Below are positions 28,566 to 37,232 of a stretch of DNA of 64,000 nucleotides, one piece after another. Made by a program: the position numbers and the translations under genes. Under the pieces are notes generated by a model. It ran no database searches and had not been told where the DNA came from. It was given only the letters and a program-made list of their open reading frames with translations. Each line of letters begins with the position of its first letter. The stretch's first letter is position 1. This stretch comes from Alphaproteobacteria bacterium (GTDB lineage: Bacteria > Pseudomonadota > Alphaproteobacteria > Micavibrionales > Micavibrionaceae), in NCBI GenBank assembly GCA_049652985.1, contig JBASFK010000004.1, positions 251,879 to 315,878 of the forward strand. The letters run 5' to 3'.

Positions 28566-28569
28566 GTGA
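28491..28569 (+). repeat. Second right arm plus att core copy 3 (ACG ATT GAG TGG GAG TGA)
   Basis: See 28054-28132. GACGATTGAGTGGGA is identical to 18531-18545, and the T-I-E-W-E-stop reading is retained. Confidence 0.8.
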
Positions 28570-28573
28570 TGAA

Positions 28574-29182
28574 ATGCAGAATGTTGATGTGAATCAAATT
28601 GCAATTTCTATTGCAGATAAAATCACATCAGAGCTGGATGTAAGAATTGCCTTAATTGGTGTTTTTGGTGTTGCTGTTGGTGCTTTAATTCCCGGAATTT
28701 TATCTCTTTTTGAGAAAAAAATTGGATACGCTAATGATTACTACAAAAGCATTGTCCAGCGCCGTATTGCTGCCTATGAAGAATTGGAAAATTTAATAAT
28801 CGCTTTGAAAACATCCGTAATCGACACAGATAATAAGCCATATCATCTATTATTCGCTCAAGAGGATGAAGGTAAGGCAGTTTATTTCAGAACTCAAAGT
28901 ATTATGCGCCAATCTCTCTGGCTTAGTAATAAGGCTTTAAGAAAATTAATATCTTTTGGTGACCGCATGTTTAATGCTGACCGGAAAGATATGGTTGCGT
29001 TTGCAAAAGAACATTACAAGGAGATTGCAGATTGGCGCCATGAGATTGAAAAAATTCTTGCCGCTGATATGTTAGAGCTTCACAACGTTAAAAAATTTCT
29101 GAAACAAAAAAATAAGGGCAATTCAAAATATCGTGCTCTTCATATAAAAAGCTCTAAACAAGAGTTAGAAAGTTTAGAATAA
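28574..29182 (+). CDS. Hypothetical membrane-anchored protein (AT-rich, beyond the last att copy)
   Basis: ATG 28574 (MQNVDVNQ...) with one TM helix (IALIGVFGVAVGALIPGILSLF). No family recognised. Confidence 0.5.
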   Translation: MQNVDVNQIAISIADKITSELDVRIALIGVFGVAVGALIPGILSLFEKKIGYANDYYKSIVQRRIAAYEELENLIIALKTSVIDTDNKPYHLLFAQEDEGKAVYFRTQSIMRQSLWLSNKALRKLISFGDRMFNADRKDMVAFAKEHYKEIADWRHEIEKILAADMLELHNVKKFLKQKNKGNSKYRALHIKSSKQELESLE

Positions 29183-29186
29183 TCTC

Positions 29187-29753
29187 ATGTCCCTCAAAGC
29201 AAAATGGCAGGATTGGTTCGATAAGACGGTCGAGGAGTGCCTCGTCCAGAGCGAGGGCGAGCGTATCCGCGCGCAGGGAATCATCCGCGGCAAAAATCCC
29301 GACTTCACCGTCCAGTATAAAATCACGATGAACGATCAATGGGTGTTCCGCGAGGCGGAAATCCAGAGCAAGGACGCGGACGACAAGGGCAAGCAGATTT
29401 TCCTCAGCTCCGACGGCAACGGCAGATGGACCGATTACAAGAACCAGCGCATCGAGGGGCTGGAAGAAGCGCGCGACATCGATTTCATCCTGACGCCCTT
29501 GACCAACACCCTGCCGATCAAGCGCCTTCACCTGACACGCGGCGAGAGTGCCGACATCACCATCGCCAGCATTTCATTTCCCGCGCTTGAAGTGACACCT
29601 GACACGCAGCGCTACACCTGCATCGAGCCTGGCAGGCTGTACCGTTTTGAGTCACTGTCCTCGGATTTCACGCAGGATATCGAGTTCGACGAGGGCGGCC
29701 TCGTTTCCAATTACCCGCAGATGTTCAAGCGAGTGAAATTGGGCAGGGATTAA
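29187..29753 (+). CDS. Putative glycolipid-binding domain (DUF1089-like) protein
   Basis: DIDFILTPLTNTLPIKRLHL...QRYTCIEPGRLYRFES...GGLVSNYPQMFKRV matches my recollection of this family. G+C returns to the host level here. Confidence 0.6.
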   Translation: MSLKAKWQDWFDKTVEECLVQSEGERIRAQGIIRGKNPDFTVQYKITMNDQWVFREAEIQSKDADDKGKQIFLSSDGNGRWTDYKNQRIEGLEEARDIDFILTPLTNTLPIKRLHLTRGESADITIASISFPALEVTPDTQRYTCIEPGRLYRFESLSSDFTQDIEFDEGGLVSNYPQMFKRVKLGRD

Positions 29754-30145
29754 ATTTCCTCGTTCACCACGCCGCCGGCATGAGCCTCGGCAAGGAAAAA
29801 ATCGAAAACATATTGTTCGCCTTCGGCCGGGAATTTTCCCGCCGCGTTTTCGTAGCTTTCAAGCTCGCGCGCTTCATGGCCTTTTCCGAATTCCTCGGCC
29901 TGCGCCTGCGCGAGGATGAGAATGCCTTCCGTGCTCATCAGCGGCACGGGATAGGGCACGCTCCCGCCACGCACACCGTCATTGGCCTGCTCTGAATCGG
30001 CAAGCCAGTGCGCAAACCTGAAATCATCCTCCTCTATCCCGTCGCGGTGCTTTCGCGCGCGCATGCGGGGCAGGCTGACCGGGTTTAATGCCGGGATCAT
30101 ATCGGGCACGGTTAGTCTCCTTATGACAGCTATACGTTCCGCCAA
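29750..30145 (-). CDS. Hypothetical protein
   Basis: 131-aa ORF with host-like composition. No family recognised. Its stop overlaps the convergent neighbour's stop. Confidence 0.4.
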   Translation of the reverse strand: MAERIAVIRRLTVPDMIPALNPVSLPRMRARKHRDGIEEDDFRFAHWLADSEQANDGVRGGSVPYPVPLMSTEGILILAQAQAEEFGKGHEARELESYENAAGKFPAEGEQYVFDFFLAEAHAGGVVNEEI

Positions 30146-30361
30146 CGCCGCACCTACGGGGAAGTTCGGTAATTTATCTAAAATTATTGCCGTATTATCC
30201 TTTTATTATTGTCATAATTCTTAAAATGTTAAGCCGTGTCGATTAGGCTGGAAGGAGTGGTTTTGCACGTAAATCCTGCGTGGAACCATGGTCTCTGCCG
30301 GTCTCGCAAGGCAGTGAAGCGATAAACCGACAGACTGCGCCCTGAAAGGAGGGGCCTGATC

Positions 30362-31234
30362 ATGATGGAAGAGCAAAAAGAAATGCTGAAGGCGGCGCTT
30401 GGCGCCATGAAGCAGCAATCATTCCTGAGCGCCTACCGCAAGACGTTCAGCCTGTTCCGCGCCGACACCGACGCCTGGAAGGAACATGTATTCCGCCTGC
30501 GTTACGACGTGTATTGCGAGGAAAATCTTTTCATCAACCCGGACTCGCACCCGGACAAACTCGAAAGTGATTCCTATGACGACCGCGCCGAGCACTACGT
30601 TCTTCTGCACCGCCCGACCGCCAAGGCTGTGGGCACGCTCCGCATCGTGCTGCCCAATGACGAGCAGCCCGGCCAGAGCTTCGCTGCGCAGGAAGTCTGC
30701 GATCATCAACTGCTGAAGCAGGATTCACGGGCCCTGACGCTGTGCGAAATTTCCCGCTTCTGCATGTCCAAAAACTTCCGCAAGCGCGAGCTCGACGGCT
30801 TTCTGCTGCCCGCATACTACGACCAGGACATGGTCGAGACGAAAAAGAACGGCCATGTGAAACTCATACGCAGGAAAATCCCTTATGCGCCGCTGGCCCT
30901 GCTGGCGGGCGCGTTTGAATCGGCGCTGAACGCGCGCATTACCGACTGCGTCTGGATGGTCGAGCCGCGCCAGCTCTGGAGCCTGAAAAAAATAGGGCTG
31001 AACTACCGCGTCCTTGGCCCTCATATCGACCATCATGGCGGCCTGCAGCCCGTGATCTTCAATATCAAGAACGTGCTGGACAGCATGCACACCCAGAAAC
31101 CCCATTGCTGGGAGATCGTCTCGGACGAGGGCCGCCTCCAGAAACTGGCCGACGAACTGGTCCAGAATGACTGGCAGGACGCGCTTATCGACGATTCCGC
31201 CAGGAGCCAGACCGCGGACCGGACGGTACTCTAA
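30362..31234 (+). CDS. FeeM-type N-acyl amino acid synthase (PEP-CTERM/exosortase-associated acyltransferase family)
   Basis: VFRLRYDVYCEENLFINPD...YDDRAEHYVLLHRPT...GTLRIVLPN...CEISRFCMSKNFRKRE matches the family pattern. Confidence 0.7.
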   Translation: MMEEQKEMLKAALGAMKQQSFLSAYRKTFSLFRADTDAWKEHVFRLRYDVYCEENLFINPDSHPDKLESDSYDDRAEHYVLLHRPTAKAVGTLRIVLPNDEQPGQSFAAQEVCDHQLLKQDSRALTLCEISRFCMSKNFRKRELDGFLLPAYYDQDMVETKKNGHVKLIRRKIPYAPLALLAGAFESALNARITDCVWMVEPRQLWSLKKIGLNYRVLGPHIDHHGGLQPVIFNIKNVLDSMHTQKPHCWEIVSDEGRLQKLADELVQNDWQDALIDDSARSQTADRTVL

Positions 31235-31317
31235 AGCCCCTATAATTCTTTGCATTTCCGTGCCGGATATGTATAAATACGGCGCTTCCACAGCCTTTGA
31301 GCGGAGAATGCAAGGAT

Positions 31318-32214
31318 ATGAGCCAGAAATCTAAATCGGGCAACGTTATCAATATTAAAACCGGCCTCGCAGAAATGCTGAAGGGCGGCGTCATCATGGA
31401 CGTCGTCACGGCTGATCAGGCGAAAATCGCCGAGGATGCCGGCGCGGTGGCGGTCATGGCGCTGGAGCGCGTACCATCCGATATCCGCAAGGCCGGCGGC
31501 GTGGCGCGTATGAGCCCGCCTGAACTCGTCCAGCAGATCATGGAAAGCGTTTCCATTCCCGTCATGGCGAAATGCCGCATCGGCCATTTCGCCGAGGCGC
31601 AGATTCTTGAGGCCATCGGCGTCGATTACATCGACGAGTCCGAGGTGCTGACGCCCGCTGACGAAGACTTCCACATCAACAAGCATGATTTTAAAATCCC
31701 GTTCGTCTGCGGCGCGAAGAATCTTGGCGAAGCGCTGCGCAGAATTGGCGAAGGCGCAGCATTGATGCGCACCAAGGGCGAACCCGGCACCGGCAATATC
31801 GTCGAGGCGGTGCGTCACCTGCGCGAGATCAACCAGGAGATCAAGAAACTCACCGTCACCGATGACGCTGAGCTCATGACCGCAGCAAAAAATCTTGCCG
31901 CGCCGTATGAACTGGTGAAACTGGTGAAAGAACTCGGCCGCCTGCCTGTGCCGAATTTCGCGGCTGGCGGCATTGCCACGCCCGCGGACGCGGCGCTGTG
32001 CATGCAGCTCGGCGCGGAAACGGTATTTGTCGGCTCCGGCATTTTCAAATCCGAAAACCCGGCGCTGTTTGCAAAAGCCATCGTTAAGGCAACGACGCAT
32101 TTCGACAATCCGAAAATCGTTCTCGAAGCCTCCAAGGGCCTTGGCACCGCGATGCCCGGCATCGAAATCGGCACTATCGAAACCACGATGCGGATGGCTA
32201 ATCGGGGCTGGTAA
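31318..32214 (+). CDS. pdxS: Pyridoxal 5'-phosphate synthase lyase subunit
   Basis: [14 protein letters not shown]...[13 protein letters not shown]-type motifs, full length. ATG 31318 has an AAGGA RBS. Confidence 0.95.
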   Translation: MSQKSKSGNVINIKTGLAEMLKGGVIMDVVTADQAKIAEDAGAVAVMALERVPSDIRKAGGVARMSPPELVQQIMESVSIPVMAKCRIGHFAEAQILEAIGVDYIDESEVLTPADEDFHINKHDFKIPFVCGAKNLGEALRRIGEGAALMRTKGEPGTGNIVEAVRHLREINQEIKKLTVTDDAELMTAAKNLAAPYELVKLVKELGRLPVPNFAAGGIATPADAALCMQLGAETVFVGSGIFKSENPALFAKAIVKATTHFDNPKIVLEASKGLGTAMPGIEIGTIETTMRMANRGW

Positions 32215-32792
32215 TGGCCAAACCTGTTATTGGCGTGCTGGCCCTTCAGGGCGCGGTCGAACCCCACAGAAAACATATCGAGGCGGCGGGCGGTGAATTC
32301 CGCGCGGTGAAAACGCCTGAGCAATTTGAGACTGTTGACGCTTTCATTCTCCCCGGCGGCGAAAGCACGACAATGTTGAAGCTGATCGAAGCTTTCGATT
32401 TGTGGGACGCGCTTGCGGCGCAGTTCAAAGCTAAGCCGGTATGGGGCATCTGCGCCGGATCGATTTTGATCGCCGAGAATGTTACCAGCCCTGCACAAAA
32501 ATCTTTCGGCCTGATCCCTATGACGGTTGAAAGAAACGCCTATGGCCGTCAGCTTGAAAGCCATCACGCCGACATTAATGGCTATGACGTCTCGCTCATC
32601 CGCGCGCCGGTGATTTCAAAAACTGGCGACGGCGTTGAAGTGGAAGCTACGCATGAAGGCAAGCCCGTATGGGTCGAAAAAGGGCGCTATATGGCCACGA
32701 CATTCCACCCTGAACTGACACTCGATTACCCCTCGCCGATGCACAGGGAATTTGTTAATCTCGTGCGCGAATACGGCAAAAAAGCGGCCTGA
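32214..32792 (+). CDS. pdxT: Pyridoxal 5'-phosphate synthase glutaminase subunit
   Basis: IGVLALQGA...GICAG...FHPE. Start overlaps the pdxS stop. Confidence 0.93.
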   Translation: MAKPVIGVLALQGAVEPHRKHIEAAGGEFRAVKTPEQFETVDAFILPGGESTTMLKLIEAFDLWDALAAQFKAKPVWGICAGSILIAENVTSPAQKSFGLIPMTVERNAYGRQLESHHADINGYDVSLIRAPVISKTGDGVEVEATHEGKPVWVEKGRYMATTFHPELTLDYPSPMHREFVNLVREYGKKAA

Positions 32793-32794
32793 AA

Positions 32795-34171
32795 ATGATC
32801 AGATACATCTCCACGCGCGGCGGGGGTTCGCCTCAAAATTTCGAGCAGGTTCTGCTGGCCGGTCTTGCGCCGGATGGCGGCCTTTATGTGCCGGAAACGT
32901 GGCCGAAACTGGACCTGCATAAGCTCAAGGGAAAATCTTACGTCGAAGTGGCGGAAGAGGTGATCTTTCCCTTCGTCGAAGGCAGCATCGGGCGCGAAAC
33001 GCTGTGCGGGATTTTGAAGGAAACATACGGTGAGGATGTTTTTCGGCATAAGGATGTCGTGCCGCTTCATAAACTCTACGATAATATTTACGCGCTTGAG
33101 CTGTTTCACGGCCCGACAATCGCCTTCAAAGACATTGCGTTGCAATTTCTCGGCCGCCTGTTCGATCACGTCCTGAAGAAAAATGACCGTCATGTCACCA
33201 TCGTCGGCGCGACGTCCGGCGATACGGGTTCGGCCGCGATCGAGGGCTGCCGCCATTCGGACAACGTAAAGATTTTCATTCTTCACCCGCAGGGCCGCGT
33301 CTCCGACGTGCAACGCCGCCAGATGACCACGGTGAATGCGCCGAATGTTCATAACATTGCGCTGCAGGGCACGTTCGACGACTGCCAGAACGCGGTCAAG
33401 GATATGTTCAACGACGTGGAATTCCGCACTGAAATGAATTTGTCCGCGGTGAATTCCATCAACTGGGCGCGTATTGTCGCGCAGATCGTTTATTACGTGA
33501 CGGCGTCTCTGGAACTCGGCGAGGGCACGACCTTCGTCGTTCCGACCGGAAATTTCGGCAACGTGTTCGCTGGTTATTACGCACGGAAAATGGGTGTCCC
33601 GCTCAACCTCGCGATTGCCACCAACCGCAACGATATCCTGACGCGCTTTTTCGAAAACGGGACGATGAAGGCGGAAGAGACGCATGCATCCTTAAGCCCG
33701 TCGATGGATATCCAGATATCCAGCAATTTTGAGCGCTACTTGTTCGATCTCCTGGATCGCGATGCCAAAAAACTTTCGGCGGTCATGACCGAATTCAAAA
33801 ACACCGGAAAATTTTCCCTTCCAGAAGAACTTCATGAAAAAGCGCGAAGGGAATTTTCAGCCCACCGCGTGAACGATACAGAAACGCTTGAGACTATCAA
33901 AAAAATTCACGATGAAACCGGCTATGTGCTCGACCCTCACACGGCTGTAGGAACTAATGCCGCGCTCAAAATTGCAAAAACCGCAACCGGCCCTGTCGTC
34001 ATCCTCGCCACCGCCCACCCGGCCAAGTTTCCTGATGCAGTAGAACGCGCCACGGGCACCCGCCCCCCACTGCCCTCGCATTTGGCGGATCTTCTGAGCC
34101 GCCCTGAAAAACTCGAGGTTATGGCCAATAATTTGCAAAAACTGCAGGATTTTATCCGCAAAAATGCCTGA
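32795..34171 (+). CDS. thrC: Threonine synthase
   Basis: YISTRG...LELFHGPTIAFKD (PLP lysine)...SGDTGSAA. Confidence 0.95.
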   Translation: MIRYISTRGGGSPQNFEQVLLAGLAPDGGLYVPETWPKLDLHKLKGKSYVEVAEEVIFPFVEGSIGRETLCGILKETYGEDVFRHKDVVPLHKLYDNIYALELFHGPTIAFKDIALQFLGRLFDHVLKKNDRHVTIVGATSGDTGSAAIEGCRHSDNVKIFILHPQGRVSDVQRRQMTTVNAPNVHNIALQGTFDDCQNAVKDMFNDVEFRTEMNLSAVNSINWARIVAQIVYYVTASLELGEGTTFVVPTGNFGNVFAGYYARKMGVPLNLAIATNRNDILTRFFENGTMKAEETHASLSPSMDIQISSNFERYLFDLLDRDAKKLSAVMTEFKNTGKFSLPEELHEKARREFSAHRVNDTETLETIKKIHDETGYVLDPHTAVGTNAALKIAKTATGPVVILATAHPAKFPDAVERATGTRPPLPSHLADLLSRPEKLEVMANNLQKLQDFIRKNA

Positions 34172-34226
34172 TTATACAGTATCTTGGGCTTGCCTTTGAG
34201 TAGCCGGTGCCTTATTTATAACCCCC

Positions 34227-35489
34227 ATGTCTCATATTCAGTTTACAACCCTCGATAACGGCCTGCGTGTCATCACCGACACGGTTCCCGATGTGCACAG
34301 CGTCGCCCTCGGCATTTGGGTGAATGTCGGCACCCGCAACGAGGCGCCGGAATATAATGGCGCGGCGCACATGGTCGAGCACATGCTGTTCAAGGGCACA
34401 CCGACACGCACCACGCAGCAGATTGCCGAAATTGTCGAGGATGTCGGCGGCAATATGAACGCCTATACCAGCCGCGAGTTGACCAGCTATCATATCCATC
34501 TGCTGAAGAATGACTCAGGTCTCGCGCTCGACATTCTGGCCGATATCTACCAGAACGCGGTCATGCCTGAGGAAGAGATGGAGCGCGAGCGTCATGTCAT
34601 CCTGCAGGAAATCGGCATGTGCAACGACACGCCCGACGAACTGGTGTTCGATAATTATTACGAAGCCGCCTATCCGGGCCAGACGGTGGGCGCGCCGATC
34701 CTCGGCAAGGCTGCGGATATATCCGGCATGAAGCGCAGCGCGCTGAGCGATTATATCCGGCGCTATTACACGCCGCCGCGCACGGTGATTTCCGCCGCCG
34801 GTAATCTCGATCACCAGGATTTCGTCGCGAAAGTCGAAAGCATGTTTCGCAATCTGCCGCCCGCACAGGCGGACAGCCAGCCCGCCGCGAATTACAAGGG
34901 CGGTGAAGTTCGCGCCGACAAGGAGCTGGAGCAGAGCCATATCGTTCTCGGCTTTGAGGGCGTATCGCGCCTCAGCCCGGATTACTACACCGCCCAGGTT
35001 CTTTCGACCTTGCTCGGCGGCGGCATGTCGTCAAGATTATTTCAGGAAGTGCGTGAAAAACGTGGGCTGGTTTATTCAATCTATTCGTTCCACTCCGGCT
35101 ACATCGACAGCGGCCAGTTCGCGATCTATGCCGGAACCGGCCCCGATGATCTGAAAAAGCTGGTGCCGGTCGTTTGCGACGAGGTGAGGAATGTTTGTGA
35201 AAACGTCACGGTCGCAGAACTTGAACGCGCCAAGGCGCAGATCAGGTCGGGAATTCTGATCGGCCAGGAATCCATGATGACCCGCGCCGACCAGCAGGCG
35301 AAATATCTGATTTATCGCCACCAGCCGGTCGATATCGGCGGCATCATTCACGCGATCGACAGCGTTGATACGGCTTCTGTGTGTGAAGTGGCGCAGAAAA
35401 TCTTTTCATCCCGCCCGACGATTTCGGCGCTCGGACCTCTGAAAAATCTCGAAAGCTACGAAAAAATCGAAAAAAGACTGCGCGCCTAG
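34227..35489 (+). CDS. M16-family zinc peptidase (mitochondrial processing peptidase-like)
   Basis: Inverted zinc motif HMVEHMLFKGT; 420 aa with two M16 halves. Confidence 0.9.
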   Translation: MSHIQFTTLDNGLRVITDTVPDVHSVALGIWVNVGTRNEAPEYNGAAHMVEHMLFKGTPTRTTQQIAEIVEDVGGNMNAYTSRELTSYHIHLLKNDSGLALDILADIYQNAVMPEEEMERERHVILQEIGMCNDTPDELVFDNYYEAAYPGQTVGAPILGKAADISGMKRSALSDYIRRYYTPPRTVISAAGNLDHQDFVAKVESMFRNLPPAQADSQPAANYKGGEVRADKELEQSHIVLGFEGVSRLSPDYYTAQVLSTLLGGGMSSRLFQEVREKRGLVYSIYSFHSGYIDSGQFAIYAGTGPDDLKKLVPVVCDEVRNVCENVTVAELERAKAQIRSGILIGQESMMTRADQQAKYLIYRHQPVDIGGIIHAIDSVDTASVCEVAQKIFSSRPTISALGPLKNLESYEKIEKRLRA

Positions 35490-36067
35490 GCGCGACCCGC
35501 AACGGAAGAAAGCATGCCGGGGTCGAACCCGAGCTTCTGCACGGCCATCGTCCATTTTTCATCCGGCGCGGCATGGAAGATAATGTTCGGATCAGGGTCG
35601 GCGACCAGCCATGAATTCTCCTGGATTTCGCGGTCGAGTTGGCCCGGGCCCCAGCCGGCATAACCCAGCAGGAACAACAGGCGGTCGGGCCCGCCGCCGC
35701 CGGCGATCACTTTCAGGGCCTCGACCGTGCCGGTAATGCCGTATGCATCGCCGACGGTGACTGTATCCTTCTGGCTGAAATCGCGGGAATGAAGGATGAA
35801 ACCACGCGCGGCTTCCACGGGGCCGCCGCACAGGACGGGCATGTCCAGATTCGCCAGGTCGATTCGGATATCCGAGGACATTCTGAGTTGTTCCAGCAGG
35901 CTTTTGAATTCGATTCCCGGCAGGACATGATTGATGACAAGGCCCATCGCGCCTTTTTCATCATGCGCGCACATGAAAATGACGGCGCGGTAAAAGCGCG
36001 GATCACCCAGCCCCGGCATGGCGAGCAGTAATTTCCCGGTCAGGCTGTGTTCCGAATTTTTGTTCAT
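35486..36067 (-). CDS. YqgE/AlgH-family protein (UPF0301)
   Basis: LTGKLLLAMPGLGDPRFYRAVIFMCAHDEKGAMGLVIN. Confidence 0.9.
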   Translation of the reverse strand: MNKNSEHSLTGKLLLAMPGLGDPRFYRAVIFMCAHDEKGAMGLVINHVLPGIEFKSLLEQLRMSSDIRIDLANLDMPVLCGGPVEAARGFILHSRDFSQKDTVTVGDAYGITGTVEALKVIAGGGGPDRLLFLLGYAGWGPGQLDREIQENSWLVADPDPNIIFHAAPDEKWTMAVQKLGFDPGMLSSVAGRA

Positions 36068-36098
36068 TGCAAAAGTAAGCCAGAAGAAAAAAGGAAAG

Positions 36099-37223
36099 TC
36101 AAAGCCTGTAAATTTTTATCGTTTTTTCCACGATATGCGCGGTTGCGAATTCGCGCTCGGCCCGGGCGCGGGCGGAAATTTCCATTTTTTTTTGCAAGGC
36201 AGAATCGGTCAGGATTTTTTCAACCGCATCCGCCGTGGCCTCGGCATCTTTGACCGGGACAAGTAAACCATTCTCATTATGCGCCACCGCTTCACGGCAG
36301 CCCGGATGATCGGTGGTAACGCAAGCCTTGCCCATCGCGGCGGCTTCAAGAAGAACGCGCGGGATTCCCTCGCGGTACCAAGATGGGTAAGCGATCAAGG
36401 CCGCCTGGGCATACAGCGCCGGCATGTCGTCGACACGGCCTATCCATTCAACCGGCGTGCCCGCCACCATCCGCTGCATTTCTTCTTTTGAGATAGCCAG
36501 TGGGTTGTGATCCGTGACGCCTCCGGCCACCTGAAAACGTGCGGGAATCTGCCGTTTTTCAAGGATTTTGGCCATCTCGATAAAGACTGATACGCCCTTG
36601 TCGCGCACCAGCCGCGTGGGCATGAGAACGAGAGGAGGCAGGGAATTATCCGTACCGGCGCGCGGCGAAAATTTTTCTATATCCACGCCGGAACCCGGAA
36701 TCAAAACGCAGTTTTCTTCAGCAACAAAATTTTTGCGGACGAGAATATTCATGTCGTCTGAGTTTTGAAACGTGACAACGGCGTCCGGGTTGCGCAGGAC
36801 ATGTTTCAGAAACGGCGCGGCTAAACAAAGCATGATTTTTGATTTCAGGTCATGACCGGAAAAAAGATAACCAAGCCCGGCAATTGTGTAGACGGTTTTT
36901 AACCCGCGCATGCCCCGCATTGCGATACCGGTAAGAAGGGAATATTTCAGCGTAATCGTGTGAACGAGGTCAGGATTTAAATCCTGTAATATTTTTCGAA
37001 GAGCGAAAATTGTTTTGAGGGCGGATAATGGCGAAAACCCGTTTTGCATCAGCGGCAAATCATGACCAGTAAAACCCTGCGCCTTTAATTTCGAATCCGA
37101 CGAAGCGCCCGGTGCGGCGAGGTGGATTTCGCAACCCCGTGCCTGCGCGGCAAGAGCCAGCGGCAGGCGTGAGGACCAGAAATCCCCGGTTTCAGCCAGT
37201 ACATACAGAATTTTTTGCGTCAT
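36099..37223 (-). CDS. Group-1 (GT4-like) glycosyltransferase
   Basis: 374 aa with a C-terminal EGIPRVLLEAAAMGKACVTTD (E-x7-E region). Confidence 0.85.
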   Translation of the reverse strand: MTQKILYVLAETGDFWSSRLPLALAAQARGCEIHLAAPGASSDSKLKAQGFTGHDLPLMQNGFSPLSALKTIFALRKILQDLNPDLVHTITLKYSLLTGIAMRGMRGLKTVYTIAGLGYLFSGHDLKSKIMLCLAAPFLKHVLRNPDAVVTFQNSDDMNILVRKNFVAEENCVLIPGSGVDIEKFSPRAGTDNSLPPLVLMPTRLVRDKGVSVFIEMAKILEKRQIPARFQVAGGVTDHNPLAISKEEMQRMVAGTPVEWIGRVDDMPALYAQAALIAYPSWYREGIPRVLLEAAAMGKACVTTDHPGCREAVAHNENGLLVPVKDAEATADAVEKILTDSALQKKMEISARARAEREFATAHIVEKTIKIYRL

Positions 37224-37232
37224 GCTGCGACC

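Noticed and set aside
30230-30361. Possible riboswitch (fragments reminiscent of cobalamin-element pieces such as GGAAG..GGT..AAATCC) upstream of the FeeM-like gene
   Set aside because: The key conserved blocks of the cobalamin element (the B12 box and the CCCGCAAC-type core) are absent. I could not fold a convincing conserved architecture by eye. It is retained only as a long leader inside a finding.
31240-32567. Two long minus-strand ORFs (31240-32100, 31815-32567)
   Set aside because: Both are antisense to pdxS/pdxT, which have clear full-length family matches.
32726-33685. 319-aa minus-strand ORF
   Set aside because: It is antisense to thrC, whose full-length family match is unambiguous, and it has shadow-ORF composition.
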